A stretch of DNA of 64,000 bases from Acidobacteriota bacterium (GTDB lineage: Bacteria; Acidobacteriota; UBA4820; DSQY01): positions 13,781-77,780 of the forward strand of contig JBMFSH010000011.1 in the NCBI GenBank assembly GCA_049967655.1, given 5' to 3'. The number at the start of each line of letters is the position of its first letter. The first letter of the stretch is position 1. Below the pieces are notes generated by a model that ran no database searches, was not told where the DNA came from, and saw nothing but the letters and a program-made list of their open reading frames with translations. Positions 21,677 to 36,178 of the stretch are shown here, in pieces. The translations under genes and the position numbers were made by a program.

Positions 21677-22498
21677 TGTCAACACTCTTTAGAAATGTCC
21701 CCTTGTGTGATCAGTGGCAGGGGCTGTGGGAGGTGTGGGAAACCTGAGGGGCGACGCCCCGAAGGTTTTCCAAGACCTGTGGGAAAGCCGCAGGCTTTTC
21801 CATGGGGCGGCACCTTCTCGAACCGCCGGTTGAGATCCTCCAGATACCCCGAGAGGAGAAAGGCGTTGGCCGCCTCGATCGTTTGGATCCCCCTCAGCTT
21901 CATCTCCTTCACCAGCCTGCCCTGGTAGACCCCGTGCTTGCGCCCCACCCGGCCCTTGGCCTGCGGCGAGGAGGCGGGGATGATCTGGATCCCCAGCCTA
22001 TGGCACGCCTTCCCGAAGGCCGTGAGCGGCGGTAGACCCTGCTCCGCCTCCTCCCTCGTGGGCTCCTTCCGGTCCGTGACGTAGATCGTGTGGTGGTCCG
22101 TGTACAACGCGCACGGAATCCCGTACCGCTCGATCCACCCCCTCAGCACCCGCATGGCCGCCTCCGTCGTCTCGTGCGGGAAGAACAGCGCAAAGCTCCG
22201 GCCCGTCGCGTCATCCGCCAGGTTCATCAGGCAGCACTTCTCTCCCGTTCCGAACCAGTCGCGCGGGCTCCCGTCCAGCTGCACCAGCTCCCCGAAGTGC
22301 TCCTTGGGCTCCCTCCAAGCTTCGCCTGCGCGTCTCTCAGCGATTGCTTTGCCTCCACCACCTGCCGCAACCCCACCAATCAAGTCCGCTCTCTCTCGCT
22401 CATTCGAAGCATCTCCTCCACGGTGGCTCCTTCCACCACCAGTCTGAGGGGACATTTCTATCGAGTCCAAGAGGGGACATTATCAGAGAGTCACGACA
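21677..22498 (-). mobile_element. Internally deleted IS1202-family (ex-ISNCY) insertion sequence
   Basis: 27-bp IRs starting TGTC (TGTCAACACTCTTTAGAAATGTCCCCT vs TGTCGTGACTCTCTGATAATGTCCCCT, 20/27); extra internal site 22447-22460; 17-bp flanking direct repeats 21660-21676 and 22499-22515 (15/17). Confidence 0.85.
21679..22403 (-). pseudogene. DDE (rve) transposase pseudogene
   Basis: N-terminus MSERERT*LVGLRQVV...AKLG has an in-frame stop and is joined out of frame to the core GELVQLDGS..DW, DDAT, ALYTD, SPQAKGRV; C-terminus missing. Confidence 0.85.
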
Positions 22499-22669
22499 AG
22501 ACACCGTTTCCCCCTTTGACTTAGGACCCGCCCAGGAATAACTTAACGTTTTCGCATCCCCTCTTCGCGCGATCTGGGCACGAATTCCGTTAACCTATTC
22601 CTGTTCCTGCGCGGGTCCTTGATCCTTTTCCTCGGTGCCTCTGTGTCTCTGTGGTTTATGCCAAGTCGT

Positions 22670-23419
22670 TCATTCTTTGCCATCCGGCCCGGGAATGCGC
22701 TGGCGGATTTTCTGCCAGGTCTCCCGTTCGAGGAAGCTGCCCGTCACCCGGTCCTCCATGGCCAGGAAGAGCGGCCAGGGCACGGTGAAGGTCAGCAGGT
22801 CGGGATCCAGATAGGGGCGAGCCGAAATGTCCATGCCGCCCAGCACGGCACGGGGCTTTCGCTTCTTGGACTCGGCGTAGGGGAGGAGGCAGATGGACTG
22901 GCAGCCCGAGGCGAAAGGGGCGATGACGCCGTCCCCCTTGGGGCGGTCGTAGTTGGCCAGGACCCACAGGGCGCTGGCCTGGTCGGCGTTGGGCAGGAGG
23001 ACCACGAGCCGGGGCTCCTCCCGTTCGGGATCGACCTTCCGCAGGGGCTTGAGCACCACGTAGCTCTCCGAGATGTCGGTGTAGGGAATGCCTTCAAGGT
23101 AGGCCCGCGCCACCTCGGGGCTCTCAAGGTAGCCGAGCCCCTCTCGGCCATCGTCCCTGGGGCCCGAGGAGAGGAAGCGGGCCATGTCCCGCCCCTGGTA
23201 GCCGTTGCCGAAGCAGAGGCCCACCTGGCCGCCCACGCAGCCCGTTGTCTTCCGGTCAAAGAGGGCCGTGAAGCCCCGGGCGGAGGCGGCGAGCATGGAC
23301 ATGACGCAGCCCCAGCGATGCTCCTTGAACCGGGCCGCCCCCTCCGGTTTCTCATCGGTGAAGAGGATGGCCACCGGCTGGTGGCGGAGCTTGAGCTCCT
23401 CGGCTATCAGGCTCTCCAT
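22670..23419 (-). CDS. DUF169 domain protein
   Basis: L...PVAI, WGCVM, GCVGG..GL, NADQASAL..LANY, PFASGC, GGMDISAR. Confidence 0.75.
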   Translation of the reverse strand: MESLIAEELKLRHQPVAILFTDEKPEGAARFKEHRWGCVMSMLAASARGFTALFDRKTTGCVGGQVGLCFGNGYQGRDMARFLSSGPRDDGREGLGYLESPEVARAYLEGIPYTDISESYVVLKPLRKVDPEREEPRLVVLLPNADQASALWVLANYDRPKGDGVIAPFASGCQSICLLPYAESKKRKPRAVLGGMDISARPYLDPDLLTFTVPWPLFLAMEDRVTGSFLERETWQKIRQRIPGPDGKE

Positions 23420-23499
23420 GGCCTCGCTCCTGCGCAAGGCTAAACCATAGGGCCCCGACCCTCCCCGCGCAAACCGGCGCTCCGCCCGGGCCGTACGCG

Positions 23500-24273
23500 C
23501 TAATCGGCACCGCCCGGCAGCCACCGGGAGGCCCAGGCGGCGATGCAGCGGCCCGCGTACCGGGAATCCTCCTCCCGGAGGAGCAGGTGGTCGGCGCCAT
23601 CGAGGGGTATGAAGGCCTTGGGGTGCGGCGCGGTCGCGAAGAGGCGCTCGGCGTTGGCGAAGGGCACCACCTCGTCCGCCGGGGCGTGGAGCACCAGGAG
23701 GGCGCAGGGCAGCGTGCCGACCGCATCTTCCCGGGACTGCCGGTCCAGATCCTCGAAAAACTGGCGCTTCAGGGTGAAGGGCCGGCCCGACACGAGCACC
23801 CTCGCCTCCCCCCGCCGCTCGATCTCCTCCAGGGAGCTCTCGAAGTGGCGCCTTAGTTCCAGCGGCTCGCTGGGCGCGGCCAGCGTCACCACCCCTCTCA
23901 CCGAGGGGAGACGGTGCGCGGCTCTCAGCGCCGCCTGTCCGCCCAGCGAGTGGCCCATCACCAGGCGCGCGGGCTCGTGGTTCTTCTCCAGGTACTCGGC
24001 CGCCAGGCAAAAATCCTCCACGTTGGAGCCGAGGTTTGTCTCGGCGAAGTCCCCGCCGCTCTCCCCCAGCCCCGTGAAGTCGAAGCGGAGCACCCCCCAC
24101 CCCTTCTCCGTCAAGGTCCGGTTGATGTGGAAGACGGACTTGTAGTCCTTGGTGCAGGTGAAGCAGTGGGCGAACAGGGCGTAGGCGCGCGCGCCACCTT
24201 CGTCGGGGCCGTCGAGCAGTCCCGTCAGCATCTGACCCTTCGAGCCTTCGAACCGGACCTTCTGGGAACGCAC
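23500..24273 (-). CDS. Alpha/beta hydrolase (type usually fused to OsmC)
   Basis: AHCFTC.KD, RFDFTGLGES, GHSLGG, HAPADEVV, GADHLL. Confidence 0.9.
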   Translation of the reverse strand: MRSQKVRFEGSKGQMLTGLLDGPDEGGARAYALFAHCFTCTKDYKSVFHINRTLTEKGWGVLRFDFTGLGESGGDFAETNLGSNVEDFCLAAEYLEKNHEPARLVMGHSLGGQAALRAAHRLPSVRGVVTLAAPSEPLELRRHFESSLEEIERRGEARVLVSGRPFTLKRQFFEDLDRQSREDAVGTLPCALLVLHAPADEVVPFANAERLFATAPHPKAFIPLDGADHLLLREEDSRYAGRCIAAWASRWLPGGAD

Positions 24274-24342
24274 GCTGCGTCTCCTCGCCCCAAGCCCCGG
24301 TCAGTATAACGCCGGGGCGGGCCGGCCCTTTCAGAGATCGGT

Positions 24343-24840
24343 TCACCGACGGCGGGGCGGGGGTTGGCGAGGATTTGGCGGGAGGGGAAACTCCAGAAGG
24401 TCGGGGGAGACGACGGCCCTGAGCAGCGCCGTCCAGCCATCCCGCGACGGACGGCTCTGGAACCACCAGATGGCGCCCTTTTTGATGCCCAAAGGCGCCT
24501 CGCGTCCGGTGAGCAGGAAGGACGCGGCCAGGCCCAGGTCCGGCTGGTGCCCCACCACCACCGCGGCCCCGTTCGCTCCGGGCCAGCCGGCCGCGGCCAG
24601 GATGACCCGGACCGAGGCGCCCGGGGAGAGCGAAGGGAGAACTTCGGCGCGCGGGGAGAGCGCCGCGGCCGTCCCCACGGCCCTGGCCGCGGGACTGGTC
24701 AGCAGCCGGGCCCCCTCGATTTTCGGCGCCAGCCACGCGGCCATTCGCTCCGCCTGCCTCATGCCTTTCGGGGTGAGCACGCGGGCCTCATCCGGGAAGC
24801 CGTCCTGTGCCTCCGCATGGCGCCACAGAATTAAGTCCAC
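24343..24840 (-). CDS. sixA: SixA-like histidine phosphatase
   Basis: LILWRHAEA, LT.KG..QA, SPA.RA..TA, VGHQPDLG. Confidence 0.85.
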   Translation of the reverse strand: MDLILWRHAEAQDGFPDEARVLTPKGMRQAERMAAWLAPKIEGARLLTSPAARAVGTAAALSPRAEVLPSLSPGASVRVILAAAGWPGANGAAVVVGHQPDLGLAASFLLTGREAPLGIKKGAIWWFQSRPSRDGWTALLRAVVSPDLLEFPLPPNPRQPPPRRR

Positions 24841-24973
24841 GGTGACCTCCGCTCCGGTCAAAGCGCGACGACAGGGCTTGCGCTGCCGGTCCAGGATACC
24901 ACGGCCGCCCCTGCGGAGACACAACGGGCGGGGCCCGCGGCCCCGCCCGAAGGGGGTTCGGGTCATCGAGCCG

Positions 24974-25558
24974 CTATTTCGTGGCCGGGTGCGCCGCTGG
25001 CGCCGGGGTGGCCGGGGCCTGCGCGTTGAAGCGGGCCAGGACCACGGCGGTCTGGTCCACGGCATCCGAGGCCCAGATGACGTCCTGCTGGCCCTTGTTC
25101 AGGACCACGTCCCAGCCCTTTTCCTTAGCCAGGCTGTCCATCACGGGGCCGAAGGCGGCTTGCATGCGCTCGCCCGCGGCCTGCTGGCGCTGCTGGTACT
25201 CCTGCTGCGCCCTACTCTGCATCTGCTGGAGCTCTCCACGCAGGGTGTCTAGCTCCTCGTTGCGCTTCGCCTTGTCCGCGGCGGACAGTTTCGCTTCGTC
25301 CTTCTTGAAGGCGGCCTCCTTCTCCTGATAGGCCTTTATCTTGGGCTCCATCTGGGCCCGCATGCTCTCGCCCCAGCTTTGCAGTTCGGCCTGGATCTGC
25401 TTGGACAGGTTTGATTCGCGGACGATCTGGCCCATGTCCACGACCACCACCACGGGATTCTTCTTGGTGGGTTTCTCGGAGCCGGCTTTCTCCGCGTAGA
25501 CGGTCGCGGCGACCAGCGCGAGAAGGACAACCAGGGCGGCAATCCACAGCTTCTTCAT
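24974..25558 (-). CDS. skp: OmpH/Skp periplasmic chaperone
   Basis: Signal peptide, VVVDM, long coiled coil, AKEKGWDVVL, D.T..V. Confidence 0.85.
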   Translation of the reverse strand: MKKLWIAALVVLLALVAATVYAEKAGSEKPTKKNPVVVVVDMGQIVRESNLSKQIQAELQSWGESMRAQMEPKIKAYQEKEAAFKKDEAKLSAADKAKRNEELDTLRGELQQMQSRAQQEYQQRQQAAGERMQAAFGPVMDSLAKEKGWDVVLNKGQQDVIWASDAVDQTAVVLARFNAQAPATPAPAAHPATK

Positions 25559-25914
25559 TTCCACTCTCCACAGGGTCTCGGGGGTTTGAGGGACGGCTTT
25601 GCCGCCCCGGGGGAACGGGGTTGATGAAAACGCGGGAGGACGGCCCCTCCTCTCCTCGGACCGAGCTTCCACACCCGCATTACCGGCCTCCGGCCCGGCG
25701 AGGCCGGCGGCCCAAACTCCTATGGTGGACCCCGGGAGGCGGGCTGTCAACACGCGGGGCGAGACGTGAGCCGGGACAGGAGTGAGAGGGAATTCCGGAC
25801 GGCAGATCGGGGATGGCCGCCACGGCGCCTACCCCCGACCGAGCCGCCCTCTTTCCTCCCTCAGCCATCATCCATCATCGTTCATCCGATCCGGCCTTTT
25901 GCGGACATAATAGG

Positions 25915-25943
25915 TTGACTCATAAGCCCTTCCGGGGCATAAT
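25915..25943 (+). promoter_or_regulatory. Sigma70-type promoter of yajC-secDF
   Basis: TTGACT-17 nt-CATAAT about 170 nt upstream of yajC. Confidence 0.65.
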
Positions 25944-26111
25944 GCGGCGTTGGGACTTCCGGGCTCTCCGGAAGTCTTCTTCTGCGACCCCCCTGCGGTC
26001 CAGAACCCCCGGGATAACGGGGGCGGAGGGGAACCACGGCAGGCGGGCCGGAGGCACCGCGCCTCCCGAGCGGGGCACGGTAGGGTGGAGGTTCCCAGAA
26101 GGAGGAGTGCA

Positions 26112-26417
26112 ATGCCCTGGTTTCTCTTGATGGCTCAGCCGGCCGGGGGGGGCAGCCAAAACCCGCTGGCCGCCTTCATCCCGATCATCCTCATCATTGT
26201 GGTCTTCTATTTCCTGCTCATCCGGCCCCAGCAGAAGCGGGCGAAGTCCCACCGGATGATGCTGGATGCCCTCAAAACGGGGGACCAGGTGGTGACCATC
26301 GGCGGGATCCGGGGCAGCGTCACGGCCGTGGATCAGGACACCGTGGTCCTCCGCGTGGCCGAAAACGTGAAGCTCACCTTCAACAAGTCGGCCATCGCCG
26401 GACTCATCAAGGAATAA
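26112..26417 (+). CDS. yajC: Preprotein translocase subunit YajC
   Basis: FYFLLIRPQQKR, LKTGDQVVTIGGI. Confidence 0.95.
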   Translation: MPWFLLMAQPAGGGSQNPLAAFIPIILIIVVFYFLLIRPQQKRAKSHRMMLDALKTGDQVVTIGGIRGSVTAVDQDTVVLRVAENVKLTFNKSAIAGLIKE

Positions 26418-26427
26418 GGGGGCATCC

Positions 26428-29196
26428 ATGCGCGACAGCATCAAGTGGCGGCTCCTCCTGACCCTCGCCGTCATCGCGTTGAGCGTCTTTTTCTTCTTCC
26501 ACAACGGCCTCAAGGAGGGCCTCGACCTGAAGGGCGGCGTCCACCTGGTCCTGCTGATGGACACCGACGTCTCCGTGTACAACCGGGTCCAAACCGACAT
26601 CCGGACGGTCGAAGATACGCTCAAGAATAAAAACATTCCCTATTCCCAGGTTTACTCCAACAAGCCGGACATCAACACCATCGTGGTGGAGGGGAGCGAC
26701 CCGAACCTGGGGCTCGCCGTCCGAAACCTGGCCGACGGCTCGCTGAACAACTACAGCTTCGCCTCCCAGGGTATCGGCCACTACACACTGACGCTCAAGA
26801 ATGCCTTCGAACAGAAGCTGAGGGACCAGGCCGTCCAGCAGTCGGTGGAGGTGATCCGGAACCGCATCGACAAGTATGGCGTTTCCGAACCCTCCATCCA
26901 CAGGGAGCTCGGCTCCAACAAGATCGTGGTCGAGTTGCCTGGGGTGCAGGACTCCACCGAGATCAAGGCCCTCATCGGCAAGGCCGCCCAGCTCGAGTGG
27001 CACCTGGGGGTCAAGCCCACCCAGGGAGCCGCCTCCAAGGAGGAGATCCTTAAGGATTACGGCGGCACGCTGCCGCCCGACGTGGAGATCCTGCCTGGCA
27101 GCAAGGAGAAGTTTGGCGGGCAGGTCTACTTCGCCGTGAAGAGCGTGGCCCCCATTACGGGCGCCGACATCGAGGAGGTCCGCGTGGAATCGGGCCAGTT
27201 TGGTGAACCGGTCGTGGGCTTCCAGCTCTCCGCGTCGGCTGGCGAACGCTTCCGGCAGTTCACCCGGGCTCACCTCCACGAGCCGCTGGACATCATCCTG
27301 GATGGCGTGGTCATCTCCACGCCCACCATCAACGCCGAGATCGGCGACCGCGGGGTCATCGAGGGCCGCTTCACGCCGCAGGAGGCCCAGGATCTCGTCT
27401 TCCAGCTCAAATCCGGGGCCCTGCCCGCCATTCCAAAATTCGCAGAGGAGCGCACCGTCGGCCCCAGCCTGGGCATGGACTCCATCCGCAAGGGAACCAT
27501 CTCGGGCCTCGTGGGCCTCATCGCCATCTTGATCTTCATGTTGGGCTACTACCGGCTTGCCGGCCTCAACGCCAACATCTGCCTCATGCTGAACCTCGTG
27601 ATCCTGACCGGGGTCATGTGCATCTTCGGCTTCACCCTTACCGTGCCCGGCATCGCCGGTGTCATCCTCACGCTGGGCATGGCCATCGACGCCAACGTCC
27701 TGGTCTTCGAGCGGATGAAGGACGAGATCATCGAGAAGAAGTCCGTTCTCACGGCCATCGCCAACGGCTTCTCGAAGGCCTTCATCACGATCTTCGACAC
27801 CCACGTGACGGACTGGGTGTCGGCTCTGTTCCTCCTGCAGTTCGGCACCGGCCCCGTGCGTGGTTTCGCCGTGACCTTGACGGTGGGCCTGCTGGCTAAC
27901 ATGTTCACCGCCGTCTTCGTCTCCCGCCTCATGTTCGACATCGAGACCCACTTCCGCACGGGCGGCGGGAAGAAGGCCGCCACCATCTCCATCGGCCCCA
28001 TCCACTCCTTCCGCGGCACCAAGATCCCCTTCATGAAGTACAAGGTCCACTTCATCGTGGCCTCCTTCATCCTCATCGGCATCGGCATGTGGAGCGTGGT
28101 GACGCGGGGAATGAATTGGGGCATCGACTTCCGAGGCGGCCAGGAGATCCAGGTGCGCTTCATTCACCCGGTCAACGCCCGCGCCGTGGAGGCCGCCCTC
28201 GCCAAGAGCGTGAAGGGTACGGTCACGGTGGTGCGCTTCGGCAAGCCCGAGGACAACACCATCCTCATCCGGATGGACGCCCGAGACGACAAGGGTGCCC
28301 TCCTGTCCGAGGACGCCATCGCCAAGCGGAGCCAGCAGATCCTTGCCGGGCTGAGGACGCCGCAGGACGACGCCGAGCTGGCCGCCCATCAGCTCGACCT
28401 CAACACCGCCAACACCAAGGACGTGGAAGATCTGATCTCCACCGCCATCACGAGCGGCGCCATTTCCGGGACGCAGGAGCAACCAGCGGAGGTGGCCCAG
28501 GCCATCTACAACGCCCGGCGCGACCAGGGCGGTGTGCTGCCCAGCCTGGATGCCATCCGAAGCGTAAAGGGGATGACCGAACCCCTCTTCGCCTACCTGA
28601 AGGCCCACGCCTTCGCCGGGAGTTACGGCATCCAAAGCATCGACATGGTGGGCCCCACCGTGGGACGGGAGCTCAAGACCAAGGCCATCGAGGCCGTTAT
28701 CGGCTCGCTCATCGGCATTTTGCTCTACGCCTGGTTCCGATTCCAGTTCCGCTTCAGCGTGGGCGCCATCCTCTCCCTGGTGCACGATACGGCCATGGCC
28801 ATCGGCGCCCTCTCCCTCTTCCGGGTAGAGGTGAACCTGCCCACCATCGCCGCGCTACTCACCCTGCTCGGGTACTCCATCAACGACACCATCGTGGTCT
28901 TCGACCGCATCCGTGAGCACATGAAGCTCACGCGCAAACAGGAGGACGACGAGCTCTTCGACAAGGCCATCAACGAGACCCTCTCCCGGACGCTCATCAC
29001 CTCCATGCTCACCTTCTTCGTTGTGGTCGCCATGCTGCTCTTCGGCGGCGAGGTGCTCTACTCCTTCTCCTTCGTCATGACCGTGGGCATCATCGTGGGC
29101 ACCTACTCCTCCATCTTCGTGGCGAGCCCCTACGTGCTCTGGTGGAACAAGCTCGGCCTCCAGAAGTACTTCACCAAGAAGAAGCGCCGCCGCTAG
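26428..29196 (+). CDS. secDF: Fused protein translocase subunit SecDF
   Basis: GLDLKGG, RIDKYGVSEP, VGPSLG, GMAIDANVL, GIDFRGG, GYSINDTIVVFDRIRE, TLSRT, GTYSS. Confidence 0.95.
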   Translation: MRDSIKWRLLLTLAVIALSVFFFFHNGLKEGLDLKGGVHLVLLMDTDVSVYNRVQTDIRTVEDTLKNKNIPYSQVYSNKPDINTIVVEGSDPNLGLAVRNLADGSLNNYSFASQGIGHYTLTLKNAFEQKLRDQAVQQSVEVIRNRIDKYGVSEPSIHRELGSNKIVVELPGVQDSTEIKALIGKAAQLEWHLGVKPTQGAASKEEILKDYGGTLPPDVEILPGSKEKFGGQVYFAVKSVAPITGADIEEVRVESGQFGEPVVGFQLSASAGERFRQFTRAHLHEPLDIILDGVVISTPTINAEIGDRGVIEGRFTPQEAQDLVFQLKSGALPAIPKFAEERTVGPSLGMDSIRKGTISGLVGLIAILIFMLGYYRLAGLNANICLMLNLVILTGVMCIFGFTLTVPGIAGVILTLGMAIDANVLVFERMKDEIIEKKSVLTAIANGFSKAFITIFDTHVTDWVSALFLLQFGTGPVRGFAVTLTVGLLANMFTAVFVSRLMFDIETHFRTGGGKKAATISIGPIHSFRGTKIPFMKYKVHFIVASFILIGIGMWSVVTRGMNWGIDFRGGQEIQVRFIHPVNARAVEAALAKSVKGTVTVVRFGKPEDNTILIRMDARDDKGALLSEDAIAKRSQQILAGLRTPQDDAELAAHQLDLNTANTKDVEDLISTAITSGAISGTQEQPAEVAQAIYNARRDQGGVLPSLDAIRSVKGMTEPLFAYLKAHAFAGSYGIQSIDMVGPTVGRELKTKAIEAVIGSLIGILLYAWFRFQFRFSVGAILSLVHDTAMAIGALSLFRVEVNLPTIAALLTLLGYSINDTIVVFDRIREHMKLTRKQEDDELFDKAINETLSRTLITSMLTFFVVVAMLLFGGEVLYSFSFVMTVGIIVGTYSSIFVASPYVLWWNKLGLQKYFTKKKRRR

Positions 29197-29281
29197 GCGG
29201 TGGAGGGTGGAGGGTGGAGAGGGCGAGCCAGCTTCCACCTGCCGGATGGGTATTAGGTAGCCATAGCACCCGATAAGCGAG

Positions 29282-29316
29282 AAGGCCCGGGGCAAAACCC
29301 CGGGCCTTTTTCTTTC
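29282..29316. terminator. Intrinsic terminator between convergent secDF and transaldolase
   Basis: AAGGCCCGGGG-caaaa-CCCCGGGCCTT followed by a T-rich tail. Confidence 0.8.
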
Positions 29317-29342
29317 TTCCCCGTTTCCCTGTCTTGCTGTCT

Positions 29343-29981
29343 CTATCTCTTCTCCCAGTCTCTCAGGAAGCGCTCGATGCCGATGTCCGTGAGGGGGTGT
29401 TTCAGGCACTGCTCCAGCACCTTGTAGGGGACCGTGGCGATGTCCGAGCCGGCCAAAGCCGCATCGATCACGTGGAGGGGGCTGCGGACGGAGGCGGTGA
29501 TGATCTCGCACTCGGGGTCGTAATTGTCGAAGATGGCCCTCACCTGCTCCACCAGCTCCATGCCCACGTGGCCCACGTCGTCCAGCCGGCCCACGAAGGG
29601 CGAGATGAAGGAGGCTCCGGCCTTGGCGGCCAGGAGCGCCTGGGCGGGCGAGAAGATGAGGGTGACGTTGGTGCGGATACCCTGCCCCTTGAGGGCGTGG
29701 ACCGCCTTCAGCCCCTCGGCCGTCATGGGCACTTTGATGACCACGTTCTTGTGGATGGCCGCCAGCGGCTTGGCCTCGGCCACCATGGCCTCGGCGGTCG
29801 TGGCGGTCACCTCCGCCGAGACGGGGCCGTCCACGATGGAGCAGATCTCCGCCACGACCTCCTCGAACTTGCGTCCGCTCTGGGCGATGAGGCTCGGGTT
29901 GGTGGTGACCCCGTCCACCACGCCCCAGGCGTGGGCGGCGCGGATCTCCTCGACGATGGCCGTGTCCAGAAAAATTTTCAT
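29343..29981 (-). CDS. tal: Transaldolase / fructose-6-phosphate aldolase family
   Basis: [40 protein letters not shown]. Confidence 0.92.
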   Translation of the reverse strand: MKIFLDTAIVEEIRAAHAWGVVDGVTTNPSLIAQSGRKFEEVVAEICSIVDGPVSAEVTATTAEAMVAEAKPLAAIHKNVVIKVPMTAEGLKAVHALKGQGIRTNVTLIFSPAQALLAAKAGASFISPFVGRLDDVGHVGMELVEQVRAIFDNYDPECEIITASVRSPLHVIDAALAGSDIATVPYKVLEQCLKHPLTDIGIERFLRDWEKR

Positions 29982-30011
29982 GCGTTCCCTCCTCGCCGGC
30001 GGCGCCCCGCC

Positions 30012-32528
<2,517 letters not shown>

Positions 32529-32659
32529 GGGTTGCCCTCTGGAAAACGTCCTTCGCTAGAGAATCCGAGGACAGGGGACGGGAGGCCGAGATTCCTTTTT
32601 CCCCGACACTACTCCGACCTCACCTCTTCTGGTCCCTTGTCCCATGTCCCCTATCCCTA

Positions 32660-35104
<2,445 letters not shown>

Positions 35105-36178
35105 TTACGTCGCCGGCGGGAACTCTTCCAACACCCTTCCCGATTCCACGCGAAAAATCGTCGAGGGTTTGAGGGAGGGCAGGTCGGGCCTCGTGGCCGT
35201 GACCACGAGCTGGGCTCTTCCCTGCGTCAGGTCCATCAGCTGCCCGATGCGCTCCCTGTCCAGCTCCGCCTCCACGTCGTCCAGCAAGAAAAGGGGGGGC
35301 CTCTCGCCCCGTTCGGAGAGGACCTGCACTCGTGATAATTTCAGCATCCACAAGGCCGACCGAATCTGTCCCGATGAGCCGTAGCTCCCGATGGGCCTTC
35401 CATCCAGGAGAATCTGGACCTGGTCCCGCTGAGGCCCCGCCAGGGAGACGCCGCGGCGGATCTCCTGGGCCCGGGCTTCCCGCATTGCCCTTTCCAAATC
35501 CTCGCCCCCGCTGGGTTCGTACACCAACTCGATGTGCTCGTCAAAATTCAACCTCTGCCGGAGGGATTTCAGGGCGCCGTTGATCGTCTCGGCGGCCGCC
35601 TTTCGCTCCAGTCTGATCGGGGAGGCCAGTCGGCGGAATGTATCGCTCCAGGCATCCAGCTCCCGAGCCCTTCGGGGCGAGTAGTCCCGCAGAACCTGAT
35701 TCCGCTGATCCTTGCACCGGCCGAAGGCCAGAAGCGTATCGAGGTGGGCGGGGCGTCTCCAGACCGCCGTGGCATCAAGAAAGTTCCTCCGATGCCGCGG
35801 GGACCCTTCCACCAAACCGCGGTCCTCCACGCTCAAGACTACCACAGGCAAGCCCTGAACGTAAGTCGCCAGGGGGACGGACTGCCCGTCGCGGCGGTAC
35901 TGCCTCCCCCGCCGGCTCAGGTGAAGGGTGAGGAGGTGGCGGACCTTTTCCCCCTCCACGGAGGCCTCCAGCGTGGCCGACTCCTGCCCGTGGGCGATCA
36001 GGACTTCGGACCGGCTTTCGCGGAAGGAGCGCGTCGTCGCTATCAGGTAGAGGGCTTCAAGAAGGTTGGTCTTTCCCTGCGCGTTGGCCCCGTAAAACAG
36101 GGTAACGGGCCCGCGGAAGTCGATCCGCGAGCCCGCCAGATTGCGAAAGCCCTTCACGCTCAGCGAGTGGAGCCTCAA
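35105..36178 (-). CDS. recF: DNA replication/repair protein RecF
   Basis: FRNL, GANAQGKTNLLEA, GP.RD, GSSGQ, LLDDV..ELD. Confidence 0.93.
   Translation of the reverse strand: MRLHSLSVKGFRNLAGSRIDFRGPVTLFYGANAQGKTNLLEALYLIATTRSFRESRSEVLIAHGQESATLEASVEGEKVRHLLTLHLSRRGRQYRRDGQSVPLATYVQGLPVVVLSVEDRGLVEGSPRHRRNFLDATAVWRRPAHLDTLLAFGRCKDQRNQVLRDYSPRRARELDAWSDTFRRLASPIRLERKAAAETINGALKSLRQRLNFDEHIELVYEPSGGEDLERAMREARAQEIRRGVSLAGPQRDQVQILLDGRPIGSYGSSGQIRSALWMLKLSRVQVLSERGERPPLFLLDDVEAELDRERIGQLMDLTQGRAQLVVTATRPDLPSLKPSTIFRVESGRVLEEFPPAT

Larger units (their letters stand above)
21580..22656. repeat. Inverted pair of AAC(CACAGAGR)3 repeats, copy 2, interrupted by an IS
   Basis: aaccacagaggcaccgagacacagagg 21580-21606 and cctcggtgcctctgtgtctctgtggtt 22630-22656. 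Confidence 0.75.

Noticed and set aside
25945..26110. Structured yajC 5' leader as a riboswitch
   Set aside because: Hairpins are present but match no aptamer consensus I recognise, and are expected at this GC content.
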